Assembly: GCF_036321535.1 (NCBI RefSeq)
Contig: NC_087436.1
Coordinates: 43,092,001-43,156,000, forward strand
From: Camelus dromedarius
Taxonomy: Eukaryota
Direction: 5' to 3'
Length of the DNA: 64,000 bases
Every line of letters begins with the position of its first letter. Position 1 is the stretch's first letter. Below, piece after piece: positions 24,975-38,526 of this stretch. The translations under genes were made by a program, and so were the position numbers. Under the pieces are notes generated by a model. The model was not told the origin of the DNA. It saw nothing but the letters and a program-made list of their open reading frames with translations, and did no database searches.

Positions 24975-25470
24975 TTGTGGGGCAAGGGGAGGTGTGTGTA
25001 AATGAGGTGTCCTCTTTGAAGGGAAATTTGCCAATATCTTTCAAAATTAAAAATATACATATACTTTACACAGCAATTTTCCTTCTAGGAATATGCCCTA
25101 TAAGATATACCCATAAAAATCTACCAGTGCACAAAGATGTTTATTGCCACTAACAGGAAACACCTAAATATCCATCAACAAAGGCCACTGATAAAATTAT
25201 GGTAACTCCATACAGTGGAATTAAATAGCCATTTAAAAGAATGACAGATATTTCTATGCTGAATATTGTTAAATGAAATTTTGCTTATTTTTAAGTAATA
25301 GGCATAGATGTGGACACTGCAGATTTTTTTCTGAACACATGAGAGTGTTAGCAGTTCCCTTTGAGGCATGGGGCTCAAAGACCAGATGTGGGTACGAGAG
25401 ACATTTATTTTTCATCTTATACTATTCAGTGTGGTTGCAGAATTTTAATTTTCACCAACTATAACAGATA
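24975..25470 (+). mobile_element. Old LINE-1 (L1M-type) fragment
   Basis: cagcaattttccttctaggaat...aaagatgtttattgc...cctaaatatccatcaa motif. Confidence 0.6.
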
Positions 25471-26489
25471 TTACATTTAAAATATATATATATACACACA
25501 CACATATAAATACTTAAGAGGCAAAATAAATAATTCTGAATGTTACCTATTTAACAGGTCAACCAGGAATATTTTGATGTCCTTTCTTCCCCTAAATCCC
25601 TCAATTAAATAAGTCAGATCAGTACTTAAAAACTACTTTTAAATGTTTCAGTCATTATTCTACATTATCAATTTTTTATTAAGGATATTATGACTCCTAT
25701 CTCCTATTCATGACCAAATCTTCAAGAAACTGAAAAAAGATCAACATTAACTTTATATTGTTTGTTTTATTAAGTAGTCACAAGTGACATAAAAGGAAGT
25801 TGGACCAAAAAAAGAAAAAGGAAAAAAGCTAGACTGACAATCTAGCTTTAATAATGTTAAATCACAGGAAAGATTAAAGGGCATAATTTTTAAAACCTAC
25901 AAATCACGATTTGTAAATAATTCATATTGATTTTAGAATTCACTTTCCCTTAAAAATTATTTAACACATAATTTCTAAACTTAAACATTCTCATTTCTCG
26001 GAAAATTTGTGAACATCTCATTCATATGTATTTCAACATTCATCAGAAGTAAATTTTAGTACTGTTCATGAAGAAGATACCTGACACAAGGTATCTAAAA
26101 CAAGGAGCCCAGGTTGAATCTCAAATTAAATTTTATGACAATAACATCTAACAATGGTTTTGAAACAGAGTCATCTCCCTAAGGTTTAGATATCCACAGC
26201 TCTGAAAGGAGGGTGGTGGGGGTTGTTATATTCTCAAAATCTCCCAGTCTAAAGTTCTATTATTCAAAATGCAAGAGACAATGAAAAGCCTGCCCTAGTT
26301 CACACAGTGAGTCAATGTAGTGCTTGGGTTTTCTAGTTCATACTTTATTATTCTTTTCACCATTCCACGCGGTCCTCCTCAAGGAAAGAAAAAAAGAGAC
26401 CTTTTTCATTGTTAATGACACTTGGCTGATGCAACTATGTCATTTAAACCAACCAGTTTTTGTTGAAAAAATGGGTCAACTCATTTTAC

Positions 26490-26564
26490 CTGTCCAGCTG
26501 AAGCCAAGGTGATCAGCAATATAAGCCAGCCTTTCCTCGATCCGTTCCTGCTCAGCCTGTTGAT
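26490..26564 (-). CDS. ANK2: Death-domain exon 1, 75 nt ([25 protein letters not shown])
   Basis: ttgtag|AT CAA CAG...ACA G|gtaaaa. Confidence 0.96.
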
Positions 26565-28106
26565 CTACAAAGGTCAAAAACAGAATGGCCAATGGTTGTC
26601 TATGACACGAGTGGAACCACAGTACCGATCATCCAAAGAAAAGAAGTCAAGTGTCCAAATATTTGATGATAGCACAAATTAACTAGCACATTTTAAATCA
26701 CATTAAATTCTGTGTTTGCCTGACTTCTGGAGTGGAATGGGGAATAAATCTAATAAAAAATCAAGAAAACCATCTACTTCCATATCTCTTTAATCAAGAC
26801 TAGTCATTGGACATAAATTATATGAGTTATTGATTTCTAGTGATCTTAGGACTTTCCTTTTGAATTATCTGAGAGGACACTGCCCACCAGAAGACAACCA
26901 TCTTGCTCACTGAACACCAGAAAAATCATAAACAGGATGTAGAAATGGAGTAATTTGGTTAGGACTCCCTATTATTGCCCATGGCAGTATAGATCACTTC
27001 CGAGTCATATCATAAAGAAATCACATCCAACATTCACAAGAGACCTAGATCGTGGGTTAATCAAACCATCCTGGCTTTTTTCAGTATGGCCAGAAACAAC
27101 ATTTGCCTTGGTCCTGATGGCCTTGGAAAAAGGAACAATAAAGTGCACACAGTTGTCTGCGTATATTAGTATGTATATGTGTCTTCTGGGCAAAGTTTCT
27201 GTCTGCTTACTACTAAGTAAGCTCATATATTCCTACAAACTGTAACTTTCCTTCTTTTTTTAACCCCCATTAATTGATGGGCAGCATTTTATGTCAAGGT
27301 ATCATGACATTTTTTATAATCCCAATTTAAGAATAATAGTCTTTATTATAGAGATATTAGAAGATCAGAGGCAGCTTCTCAGAGCCATCTATGGTTTTCT
27401 TTCTTTTTTTTTTTTTATAATTCAAAGAATCATCATCCCCTCACAGTCAACTTAAATCATGCAAAGTTTGAGTTTTTGTTGTCTGCTGCATCTAATCAGA
27501 GGACATTCTCCATTCCTCTACAGCATAAATGAAAAGCATGTTTTTACCTTATGTCTATTTGCTTAAAGTGTTTACCAATGGTATTTGAAATCCAACCTTT
27601 CTGAATCAAAAACAAATCCACAACAATTGGAATTTCATGATATGTGAAATCTTGTACAAATGGCTTCCTAATGATCACAAAATTGTTAAATGCAAGTTAT
27701 TTTAAAGTACACAAAGAAAAAAAAGCAATGAATTCTCATAATATGAAACAAGACCAAGAATATTCATTTGTTTAATTTGAAGTTAAGCCTGGAACTTCAG
27801 AACAACAAAACTCAAAGCTTGCATGGCCTCACGTGCAGTGGCTAGAGAAAAGGCAAGACCCCCGTTGCCTGCCAATCATGTTTATGTTTTCCATAAGCAT
27901 TCTCATTACTCAATCTTGAGATTGTTTCCACAGACAAGAGTATACAGAGAAAGCACAAAACACAAAGGGCTTACACAAACATAGTAACCACCACAGAAGG
28001 CTTAAAGAAAATGAGACACAAACCACCAACTAAAACAGACGTACAAAAAAACTATATTAAATTTATGACATGCGGAGCACAGGGAATCCCAGTGGCTGGC
28101 AAATAC

Positions 28107-31100
28107 CTTCAGCATGGTCATGGCCATTTTCATCAGGGATGCGTTCAATCAGAGTCTCAATGGACTCATCCCAAATGGGCCTTGTGTCAAAGATGTCCTC
28201 GGGAAGTGAGTGCTCGGTCTCAACAGGTGGTAGATTTTCAATTACTGAAACTTCCAGGGCACTACTGCTCTCATCATCTGAAACTAATTCCTGCTCCCTT
28301 TCTGACTGTGTAAGTCTGTCCACTAACTTGGAAGCCTCATCACTAATCTCTTCAAAGAATTCTATGGAGTTCCTGTAAAGGTCAAAGAAGTGCTCCTTAC
28401 TTTCTTTCGTGGGGCTCGTGGCCCCTCTGCTGGAAGATGTGGTGCTTTTGCTCTTTACTGGCAAGCGGGATGCAAATATCTTTGGTCTTGTGGCTTCTTC
28501 TTCTGATTCTAACTCAGCCTCCTCTGCCCCCTCTCCGCTCTCTGTTTCTGTCTCAACATAACTTCTAGCGTTTACTGGACTTTTGGCCTTTGTGTCCAAA
28601 GGACTGGCATCAGATTCAGATTTGCTTCTACTATCCGGTGCTCTGCTTGTCATGTCCTGTCCCTGAGGAGCCACTGTCTTCTGTAGAGATGAGTCTAGAT
28701 GTGAAAGCTGCTGCTCGACTCTCTGGACGGGCGCTTTCACGGGGATTTTAGACTTTGGTTTTATTTCATCCTCTTTACTTTCCTCATCCAGGCTGGGTAG
28801 AAAATCTTCAGAAAGGGAACTCTCATACGCCATAGATGGAGGTGCTGAGGTTGAAGTGGGTATAGTCCTTATGGGGATTTTCGATCTGCTTTCACTGGAA
28901 GGCACATTCTCCATGGGTGCAGTAGGGATTTCAATGACTGATTTCTGTTCCTCTGGGGAAGAATCGGGAGAATCATCCCTATCTGAATATACAGACCTAG
29001 TGACTGTGGAAAAATCTAACTGAACTTGTACAACTGGTTCAGGGGAGTCAGGGCAAGCTGTCTCCTTCACACTGGACAGAGGAGGTGTATCACTCATTTG
29101 CGTAGCAGGAAGGTCCTCAGCCCCTGCAGAAGGAGCCTCTTTCACTGGTGTTTCCATGGAGGCTGAAATTTCCATTTCAGAGTTAAGTTGAGCCTCTGAA
29201 GCGGGTATTTCCTCTACTTCCTCACTCATGTCATCTGGGAGTAAGTCTGCTTCATCACCTGCTGTTTCTTTTGATTCTAAGAGTGCTAATGACTCAGCTG
29301 ATGTCTCCAGCTGTGGGGACTCAGTGCCTGTACCTCCTTCTCTCACGTCTTCAGAGAGAGTCTCTTCCCTGGATTCTTGCCCAATTTGGAAAAAGTGAAA
29401 ACTTTCATCTGTATAAGACCTTTTGGTCATATCAATGGCACCACTTCGGGTCATCTCAAACAATTTTCCTTCCTGAAAGAGAAATGGATTTTGCTCACTG
29501 GTTGGGGTCCCCTCTTCAGTTGGGGTCCTAGCAGGAGTGGTGTCTGGGGTGGTACCCTGTGATTGTTTGTCTACCATCAAACCAAATATCTTTTGCTCTT
29601 CCTCTTTTACTCGTGCCTCAAAGGCTGCATCATCCTCACGGATTTCACTCCAGGAATCAGAATCCACATCAGTTTTTGTGATGATGACTTTGCTTATCTG
29701 TTCACCAACGACTGTTGATGAAGTTGGTACAGTTGGCTTTGAAGATGAGGGGGCTCTATCTGGCTGCATTTCCCATGAGGTACTTTCTTGTTTGCATTCT
29801 GCTTCCAAGTTCTGGTCCTCAAAATTAGATTCTTTGCTTGAAACAGGTGTATCAGAGGAGCTTGTCACTACTCCGTCTTCAATAGTGGATGTAATAGTAA
29901 CAGAATACACTTCAGAAGAGTGAGAACTTGTGGGTTGCACATCTGTTTGGGTTTTGCTTTCTTCACTAGAGAAGAAAGACTGGGAAGGAACATTTTCATA
30001 AGGGCTTATGATTTGAGGATCATAGATTTCATCAGTCTCTGTTGGGTTGGACACTGGAACATCCAAGGACGACCTATCTGTCTGAGTAGTGATGAATGAG
30101 TCTTGAGTGGAACAGTCCTCTGGTACACTCTCAAAAGCTTGGTCAGTTTTTGTGACCTCCATTTTTGTAGTAGAAGATGGAGAGACTATGTCGTCATCTA
30201 ATTCTTTTCCTTCAGATGCTGGACAATGAGGCAAAGAGGACAAAGATGAAGAGCTCTCACTGGGGTAATCTACTTGTAGAGATTCAACTCTAGAAACATC
30301 AAGCTCTTCTCCTTCTGTTTCTCTTTCACCAGCATCTTGGAGAGCTAATGATTCCTTATGGATAATGAGCTGCTCACTGACATCATCACCAGTGGCACTG
30401 TGGAGACCTGAAGAGACCAGAGTGGCTGAGCTGCTAGGACTCCCAGCCTCACACCCATGGCCTTCGTGGATTTCTGGTTGATCAGCATCTCCATTTCGAT
30501 CATCATAAGACATCTCTGGGCCGTCAGTGGCAACCGTACAACTGTCTTCACGTAAATGAGGTTCACCATCTTTTTCTTCTTCTGATTTACCTGAATCTTC
30601 TTGAGTATCTTCATTCATCTTAAACGTATACTGTTTGGAAATGATAGGCTGAAACTGTACTTCTTCAGGACTGGAATTTGAGTCTTGGCTGGATGGAAGT
30701 GGGGAAGGAGGTTGTACTCGAATAACTGGCTCTGATAAAAGGCCTGAGTCAGCACCTTTTTTCAGCTGTGTCAGCTCAGGCTCACTCTCTGAGGAGGAAG
30801 AAGCCTTCCTGCCCTCTGATGTTACTACAACAGGGACATCGCTTTCATCCTCTATACTCTCTGTATGTTTTGGTTCATCCATGTCTGCTGAACACTCAAC
30901 ATCAGGGTCAGAGGATGAAGAAGATTCTTCTTGCTTGGGTTCTTTTTTGTAGTCTCTTTTCTGCTTTGCTTCTTGTTCAAGTTCATCAAACGTTTTGATT
31001 TTGGTTACCATTTTAAACATTTCTTCTTCGGGTGTGAACCTCTTTTTCTCCCCATTTTCTGAGTCATCTTCTTCCGCACATTCGGGAATCACAGCTGGTT

Positions 31101-34100
31101 TTGGTGTGCCTGCATCTGTGGTTTTGGGTGTGACCTCATAGCTAATTTCTTCGGAGCTGGGGGTGTCAGGAGAAAGGGGGCTCTTCCCTGAGCTCTCCAT
31201 GAGTGACGTCTGTTCAAGGCTGTCGTCCTCAGCACTGCCATCTGGGTCACGGAGCAGCCGGGACCGCATAGAGGCCACTTCTGTGAAGATTTCTGTTTTG
31301 GCAACGACTGAAGGAAGAGGAAAGTGACTTGGGAGAATTCCAGCCTTCATCTTTGGTTCAACAGGGCTGCTTTCAAGAGAGTCATGGCATGGAGATTCTT
31401 TCAGAGGACTCGGTTCCAGAGAATCAGGAGTTTTGTGTGAGGAATTATCCTCCAGCACAGGGCTGGCTTCCAGGGAGTCTTTGTGACTCACTGCAAATGA
31501 TTCATCAGCCCCAGGGCTGAAGACCTCACTGTCACGGTTAGGGAGTACAAGTTCTAACCCTTGGGGACTTCTAATGACTCCCTGGGGCTTTGATTCAGTC
31601 CCTGGGTCTGTCTTGACAGCAACATCAGGCAGTGGTGATGTCTTTGTCTCATCTGAGGGCTCAGTGGTTGAGGACTCCTGAACTTTCATATCAGTTTGTG
31701 TCTCGGGGGGTGAACTAACATATGTAAGTGGACCTTCATCACAGGACACTTCCTCAGTCAGTCCTTTGGATGTTTCTTTTGCTAATGACACACCTTGACT
31801 GCCAAGGTAATCACTTCCTTGTTGGGGGCTAGTGTCTTTAGAAGGGTCTAGGGCGGCTTCCTTCAGCAAAGGCTCAGCAGAGGGCTCCTTGGCCCCTGTG
31901 ACTGCGTCCCCTTGCCCTTCAGAGCCATCTGTAATGTCCTTTGTTGATGGATGTTCTTTTTCAGAGTGAATCTCTGGTGATGTTTCTAACTTGGTAGTCC
32001 CATTTGCTTCCTCAATTTGCTCCTTGCTTTTCTTTGGTGAGAAAGAAAGGCTTTCTGGGCTGGTCTCGGGGGTCTCTGCCAGGCCCTCATGCTTATAGCT
32101 TTCTTCTGAACTAATCTGAGGGGTCCCTTCCATCAGGCTGCCACATGGGGAACCTGTTACCCCTTCGTGCTTTAGGCTTTCGGAACTGCCGGCTAGAGCG
32201 CTGCTCTGTAGAGACAGAGCTGGGAGGAACTCATCCTTCATGTAATCCAGTGGGAATGTTGTGTTGAAAGGACTAGTGAGCACTTGGTCTAAGTGGAGCT
32301 GCGCCTTCTCAGTCTCTTCACTCTGGCAGAACTGCTGGTATTTGTCGTTGTCTTCCAATTCTTGCTTAATGACATCAGAAAAGTCAGTGGAGGTTTTCCT
32401 GTTTGGGCTGATCTGGAGATCCATGTCTCCCTGTTCATCAGCCAGCTTTTCTTTAGGGGCTTCACTATCTTTATGACTTTCTCCTTCAGGTGCTGGATGA
32501 ACAGGTTCAGGTGTTTTGTGGTTGAGCACTTTCTCCTCTCCAGCTACGTCTTCTCTCTTAAACCCTATGAAGGAAGCACGAACCGCTCTTCTGGACTCTG
32601 AGGGTCCTGTGACCAGGAATCTCTGGCCTCGTTTGATTGTCAGACTCTCTGTTTTCTGCATTTCTCTCTGGGTTACTACCTGCCCCTTTTCTTTTTCTAC
32701 CCGAACTTTGCCTTTCTCTTGTGGCTGTTTTGGTTTGGCTGACTTGTGCTCAAAGAGTCCAGTCTTATGTTTGGATGGGTCCTGACCTGACTGGAAAGCT
32801 TTCATCAACTCCCGAACAGACATCGTCTCCTCGATTCTTTCTGTTTTTGAGGTGGGAGAGACAGGTGGTTGCTTGTCTGTTTTCCCAGAAGGTGACACAG
32901 GCAGGTGCTTCTCAGTTTTCCCAGAGGTCGATGCAGGCGAATGCTTTTCCATTCTTCCAGCTGGTGATACAGGCAAGCGTTTTTCTGTTCTGCCCGGGGA
33001 TACTGGTGGATGTTTCTCTGTTCTCCCAGAGGGCGATCCAGGTGGGCGTTTGTCTGTTTTACCTGAAGGTGAGACTGGTGGGTGTCTTTCTGCTTTGGTA
33101 GAAGAGGACACGGGGGAGTGTCTTTCAGTTTTTGTTGAGGGAGACACGGGGGAGTGTTTCTCAGTTTTACTTGACGATGACAAAGGAGAGTGCCTTTCAG
33201 TTTTGGCCAAGGGTGACACAGGTGAGTGTTTCTCAGTTTTACTTGATGGTGATACCGGAGGGTGCCTTTCGGCTTTTGCAGAGGAGGAAAGAGAAGAGTG
33301 TCTTTCTGTTTTAGAGGAGGGTGATGCTGGGCCATGCCTCTCTGATTTTAGGGAGGGGGACGCAGCAAGATGTGTCCTGTGGTTTATCTTTTTGGGCACA
33401 TCCTCTTTGCCTTTGACCCTGACAGGCAACTTGCTTCGCCCTTTCTGTTCATCTTCCACGCGTTTCTGAAGGGCCTTCACCTTGTCCTTTATGGAACCAA
33501 TGGGAGTTTCCTCTATCAAAGGTGACGTAGCTTTTACAGGGGGAAGAGGCTCAGGGGCTAAACCGAGGTCTTCATCTAATGATTCTTCTGAACTCTCTTT
33601 TTTAAGTTCAGTTTTTTCTGCACTAGCTTGTAAACTATCCTCTTTTTGTTTTTGTTTTTCTTTTAATTTCCTTCTCACTGGCTTCTTGATTCCCAGGCTG
33701 GGTTTGGGCTGTTTCTGTGTACTCTGTGTCTCCTCGGAGGGGGCACCTTTCCCTTTGCTTTCAGAGCTCCTGTCAGGACCCTGGGACTCACACATCTCCC
33801 CTGCCAGGTCATGCAATGTCTGCGGTTGCTCTTCGTGGGGAGACTTGTAGGAATTTAGATCCTCAGTAAGGTAGTTCACTAGCCCCGTTGAGTCTTTCTC
33901 TCCTTTGACTTTGGTCTCTTTATCTATTCTAACCTCGACACATGGATATTCAGTGATTTCTAAAGGTGCTTTTCGCTTAGCCTCCTCTATTTCCTCCTCA
34001 CTGATAATAACCCATTCCTCTTCCACTAATTCTCTCTCTGACTGAGACCTCGGCACACTGCCTTCACCTCTGGTGCAGGTCCCACTTCTCAGGATTTCAT

Positions 34101-34361
34101 TCACTTTCTCTAAGTCCTCTTTTACTCGTTCAACAATTTCAAAAGGCTCTCCGGGCTCCTCCTCAGCAGCCTTCACCAGCTCCTTCACTTTAATGGAACC
34201 TGCCCTGTCAGATCCATCTGTGGTCAAGATGGCGGTCATCTTGATCAAATCCTGTTTCATCTCAGAAACTTCAGAGAGCAAGTCCGGACTCGCTAGGACA
34301 GGAACTTCATTAACCAGGTGGCTTTTCAGGACAGATGTTTCTGTAGATTCTGTCTCATCAT
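28107..34361 (-). CDS. ANK2: Giant exon of 440-kDa ankyrin-B (6,255 nt, 2,085 codons)
   Basis: Uninterrupted Ser/Glu/Pro-rich ORF (track 28063..34419); atcaaag|AT GAT GAG ACA...GCT GAA G|gtattt; symmetric phase 1-1, so it can be skipped in frame. Confidence 0.98.
32836..33372 (-). repeat. Coding tandem repeat: 15 units of 12 aa (36 nt), consensus HSPVSPSxKTE[RK]
   Basis: 537 nt = 179 aa = 14 units of 12 aa plus one of 11 aa ([11 protein letters not shown]); known microtubule-binding module of giant ankyrin-B. Confidence 0.95.
33967..34026 (-). other. Extended LIR motif (Atg8/GABARAP-binding) in the giant exon
   Basis: Encodes [20 protein letters not shown]: acidic residues, a W-x-x-I core and a following helix, as described for giant ankyrins. 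Confidence 0.85.
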
Positions 34362-37164
34362 CTTTGATGTGAATGAAAAACATTGAAAGTAAAATGGAAA
34401 TCAAAAAAGATATTGGCAAATGTAATCAGGACTGAAACCACAGAGTGTCTTTTCCTGTTGTGGTGGGGGCACAACAACATGGGCTGGGAATGGTGGATCC
34501 ACAAGGTCTTGGGATACAAAAGCAAAGCAAGGCTAACAACAACAAAAAAAAAAAACTGAAAAGGAAAAATGAGCAGGAAATAACTTGCTTAATTTTCTCA
34601 CTTGTAGCTCATCCACACATACAACAAAGCTGTAACAAATAATCAAGACACACACACACAAAATCACAAAACAAAGAACGAACACTGTGAAATTATACAG
34701 AAATATCTCAAGATTGTTCAGATGTTACAGATCAATGTTGAAAAAAAATAAACATGGGAAAAAAAAGGAAAAAAAGCATTAGAAATTGCAGAAAGTTGAT
34801 TTCCTCTAGGAGAAAGCCAGTAGTAGCAAATTCAGAATACCTTCTAATGATGTATATGCGTTCATTTATATGATTAAATATAAAATCATATAAAAATCTG
34901 AGGTTCAGTATGTTTACTTCCACCAACATACAATGATTATATAAAATATATCTGAATCAGCTGCAAACTGGCATTTCATCTAAGGGAAATTCACACCTAA
35001 CAATGAAACAAACAGTCTTGTGCTGAGAGGCATGGTCCTTTCCTTGGAGCAACCTCCTTGTTTAGACACGTAATGGATAGACCAAGGAGGGAAAGAAAGG
35101 AAAGGAAAGAAAACCAACACAAACAACAACTGTGATTAAATTTATTTGTGAGTCCAAAGTTAAAATGTGATGCATGGCAACCCAAATCAGAGACAGTCAC
35201 ACAGGACACACGCACAGTTTATGTAAGCCAAGTTATTTCCATGCAAAGCAAAGGTGGAATAAAACTGGTGGGAAAGGTGGCCTTGCTGAGTTGCACGGGC
35301 AGAAGGATGGTAAGAAATTAGAACAAATATGTAAAACATTACTGTGGTGAAGTGTATTTATTTCCCTACAAGTCCGTCCCTAAGATGCTCAACACAGTAT
35401 GTTCAAGGCATTGGTGGCAGGGTCTGCACCCATTAAAAGCAAGGAGGGAAACTCAAACTCTTTAGTATTTATTCATGAAAAGACCTTAGGAAAGAATCTC
35501 TTCCACAGAGCCCTTCTTTGGAGATTACTGCATGCCTAGATGAAGATTATTTTATGATTGATTATCTTTATACTAAAAGAAAGCTGAATGTGAACTTATA
35601 TTTGAAATTTTTTAAATGGTCACAATACCTAGGAGTTACCTGGGAGAATCCTTGGCATTATAGCAGTACAGTAACTTTTTTTTAAATTAATGATTGAGCC
35701 AGATGGATGGGTTAACTTTTAATTCCTACTAACTTGGATACAAGGATCAAAGGAAAGGGCCATTTAAATAAACACCATAGCCCCAAAGAAGAAAGTCCCA
35801 AATAACAAAATCTCTTTTAAAAAAAGGAATTAATGAAGGTAATGATAATGTAAACTTTTTATAAACATAATGCCTTCTCTTGAGAGAGTCAGTATTTGTT
35901 GAGAAGATATACTTTGTGAAAATGTATATACAAAGATATGTTAAAATATTTATATTAGTAAATATTTATTCAAATATAAATCAATGAAAACATCCCAAAT
36001 TTCAAATATTCTAGTCCTGAATAATGATTTAACATGAGAGTAAGGAGACTCTCAAGTAAAAGTATTTCAATAACTTAGTAGTAAATTACATTTACTACAT
36101 TTACATTACAGTAAAATACATGAAGCAAGGACTTCAAAAAAAGGGGAAAAAAGCTTTAAGATAATGGCATAGGGCCTAATGACCATATTCAACATGGTTC
36201 TAAGTTTCCCCCTTTTGGGAACAGCACCTTGAAACATAGTGAATCAAATCTTAAAATGAATAAACATTAAAATTTGATTTTTTGTTTTCAAAAGCATCTG
36301 GGGCATAAAAGCAAGAAGAAACTTGAAAATTCAACTTCTTCCACACAAGCAGCTAATGAGTCACCAGAAACAGTCCAACAAACTGAAAATTTAATTGAAT
36401 GGTACAAACCTGAAGTGAGTTCTAAGATAGCTCTCTTAAGGTCTGTAAAAACAAGTTCTCTCTGAACTAGATAATATTTAGGATTTGCATCATTATTTAA
36501 AATTAGCCCTATTAGGACACACTGTTGTGATTAGTAATTTCATCCAGGAGGTCTGAATTTTTGCTTCCTTGCTTTTTTTTTTTTTTTCCAGAAGGTTTCC
36601 ACCGAAGTCTGTTAGACCTCAGCCCTAGAGAAGTCAGTTACACTTCACCACAGTAAGAGGTGCAAGGGGGGAGGGAGGGGGGTGAGGGGAGAGTTAGCTT
36701 CAGCTGAGCACTATTAAGACAGTATCACTTTTGCAGGTGTAGCCTACAAAAATAATGAGCTCTCTACTGAAGTCAGCGTCGTTTGATATAAAAAAGTGAT
36801 ACTGTCACATCAGAGCTTAAAAAAATGAGATGACAATGTTGTGCTAACAAATGGACAAAAACGGTAGGGTGGGTTTCTAAACAAGCATAACAGCGATAGC
36901 GGGGGGTAACAGGGATATCCAAAAGAAAGTGAATGCTTGGATGAATAATCATTGCATTTTTACTGCTAATTAGCTCACAGATTTATGTCTTCATAATTTA
37001 ACTGGCCAAGCTGCTTTTCTAAACATATATTAATGATTAATAAGGATAATATAAAAATATACTTATTACAGTGGTTAGTAATGGCAACTAGGTTGCATCT
37101 TAATTCATGCTTTTCTTTAGTGTAGCCAGCTTTCAAACAAACTCAATTTTTTTGAAAATCTTAC

Positions 37165-37186
37165 TTTTTTCTGATGTCATATCGAT
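37165..37186 (-). CDS. ANK2: 22-nt microexon (IDMTSEK)
   Basis: tttcag|ATC GAT ATG ACA TCA GAA AAA A|gtaaga; provides the phase 0-to-1 change that the next exons require. Confidence 0.93.
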
Positions 37187-38526
37187 CTGAAAGAAAACAT
37201 ACATAAATCGAATGGTTACAAGTAGCATCTTGTCTCACCACCCCTGATGTGCACAACAACCTCTTATTCATAATTATACACATGGGAGACACCATAAGCT
37301 AGAGGAAGGTCAGAGTAATTTGCTACAGTTCTTCCTGAGAATTTCCTTCATTCTCATGCTAACTTGAAAAAAACAAATCTCTTTCCTAGACACTATGAGT
37401 GTAAAGTCCTTTCTAAAATGTTACTCCTGGGGAGATATGGTCCAGGGAGTGTTTGATGTTAGAAATATACATTAGGGAAAAGGCCAGGGAAGCAGTGAAG
37501 TAGGTATAAAACAGTGTCAATTTAGTTGAGAAAAAGAAGGCAAGAACAAACAGCATGCCAGGGTGATCTGTTCTACAGAAGTAGTGTCATTATGAGTTAC
37601 AAGCCAGAATTCCAAATCCTGAAAAGCATACAAACTAGATCCACTGCCCTGAATAGTGCCTGGAAATAGTCAATAGAAAAATCATAAACCTAATGTGAAA
37701 ACCTCATTTGAACATATACCAAAGTTGGATTCATGACTATCACTCTGTCTAGAAGGTATGTAGGTATCATTTTGAACAGCTTGGGGATTGAGTCACCAAC
37801 TACAGGAAGGAAACTGAGTATGTGAGACAAAGAGTGACTGCACAGTTAAGGGAAAGAATGGCGTCAGTCTTGTCATAAGTTTACTGTGTGTCTGGTTATA
37901 CATGGCAGGTGGATGAGTCTATAATCACCCTCTTGTCCAGCTCCACTGCCTGGGTATCAGTTAAAAAAAAGTGAGTTCAAGGGCATTCTCTGAACTAAGG
38001 CCTTACATTTTAAGCTGGTGGATCCAAGGGTGGTTTATTATGTTTTCCTTTATGTTTTTGTATTTCAAATCCATCAGAAAAACATTAAAGAATAAAACTA
38101 GTATATTTGAAAACATTTACTTGCAGCTAATAACAATTCCATTTGTCTGTCTCAGAAATAGGAACCAATATGTTAATCAATTAAGTAGAAGGATAATTTT
38201 CCAATGATTTCTTTCATTTCTATGATAACATTTGGGCATTTTTAGATCTTTATAAAGGAAACAAACACGTACTTGCTTTAACTATCGAAGCAGATATAGT
38301 TCGAATGGCTATTTATTCAATGCAACCTCTCTAAGACCCATTTTCTTCATCTATGATATGACAGCACACACCTCATACGGTGATTGTGAGAGACCAGTGT
38401 GGACGGAGTACGTGGAACACTTAGTAAAGAGCCTACCTTATAAAAAGTGTACATGACCAGTAGGCTTCTGTATTATAATATTATAGTCAAATGGATGAAC
38501 TACATGCTCCTGAAAGTTTTCTATTT

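Noticed and set aside
32836..33372. 36-nt periodicity that superficially resembles a CRISPR array
   Set aside because: Units are contiguous, degenerate and protein-coding, with no unique spacers or cas genes, in a mammalian gene.
32852..33469. 205-aa plus-strand ORF with a periodic [10 protein letters not shown] pattern
   Set aside because: It is the antisense reading of the 36-nt coding repeat; repetition explains the lack of stops. The other ORFs overlapping the giant exon are likewise antisense or off-frame shadows.
28063..34419. ORF-track boundaries of the 2118-aa ORF taken as a stand-alone gene
   Set aside because: The start is a TTG in intron sequence; splice sites at 34361 and 28107 and phase continuity show it is an internal exon.
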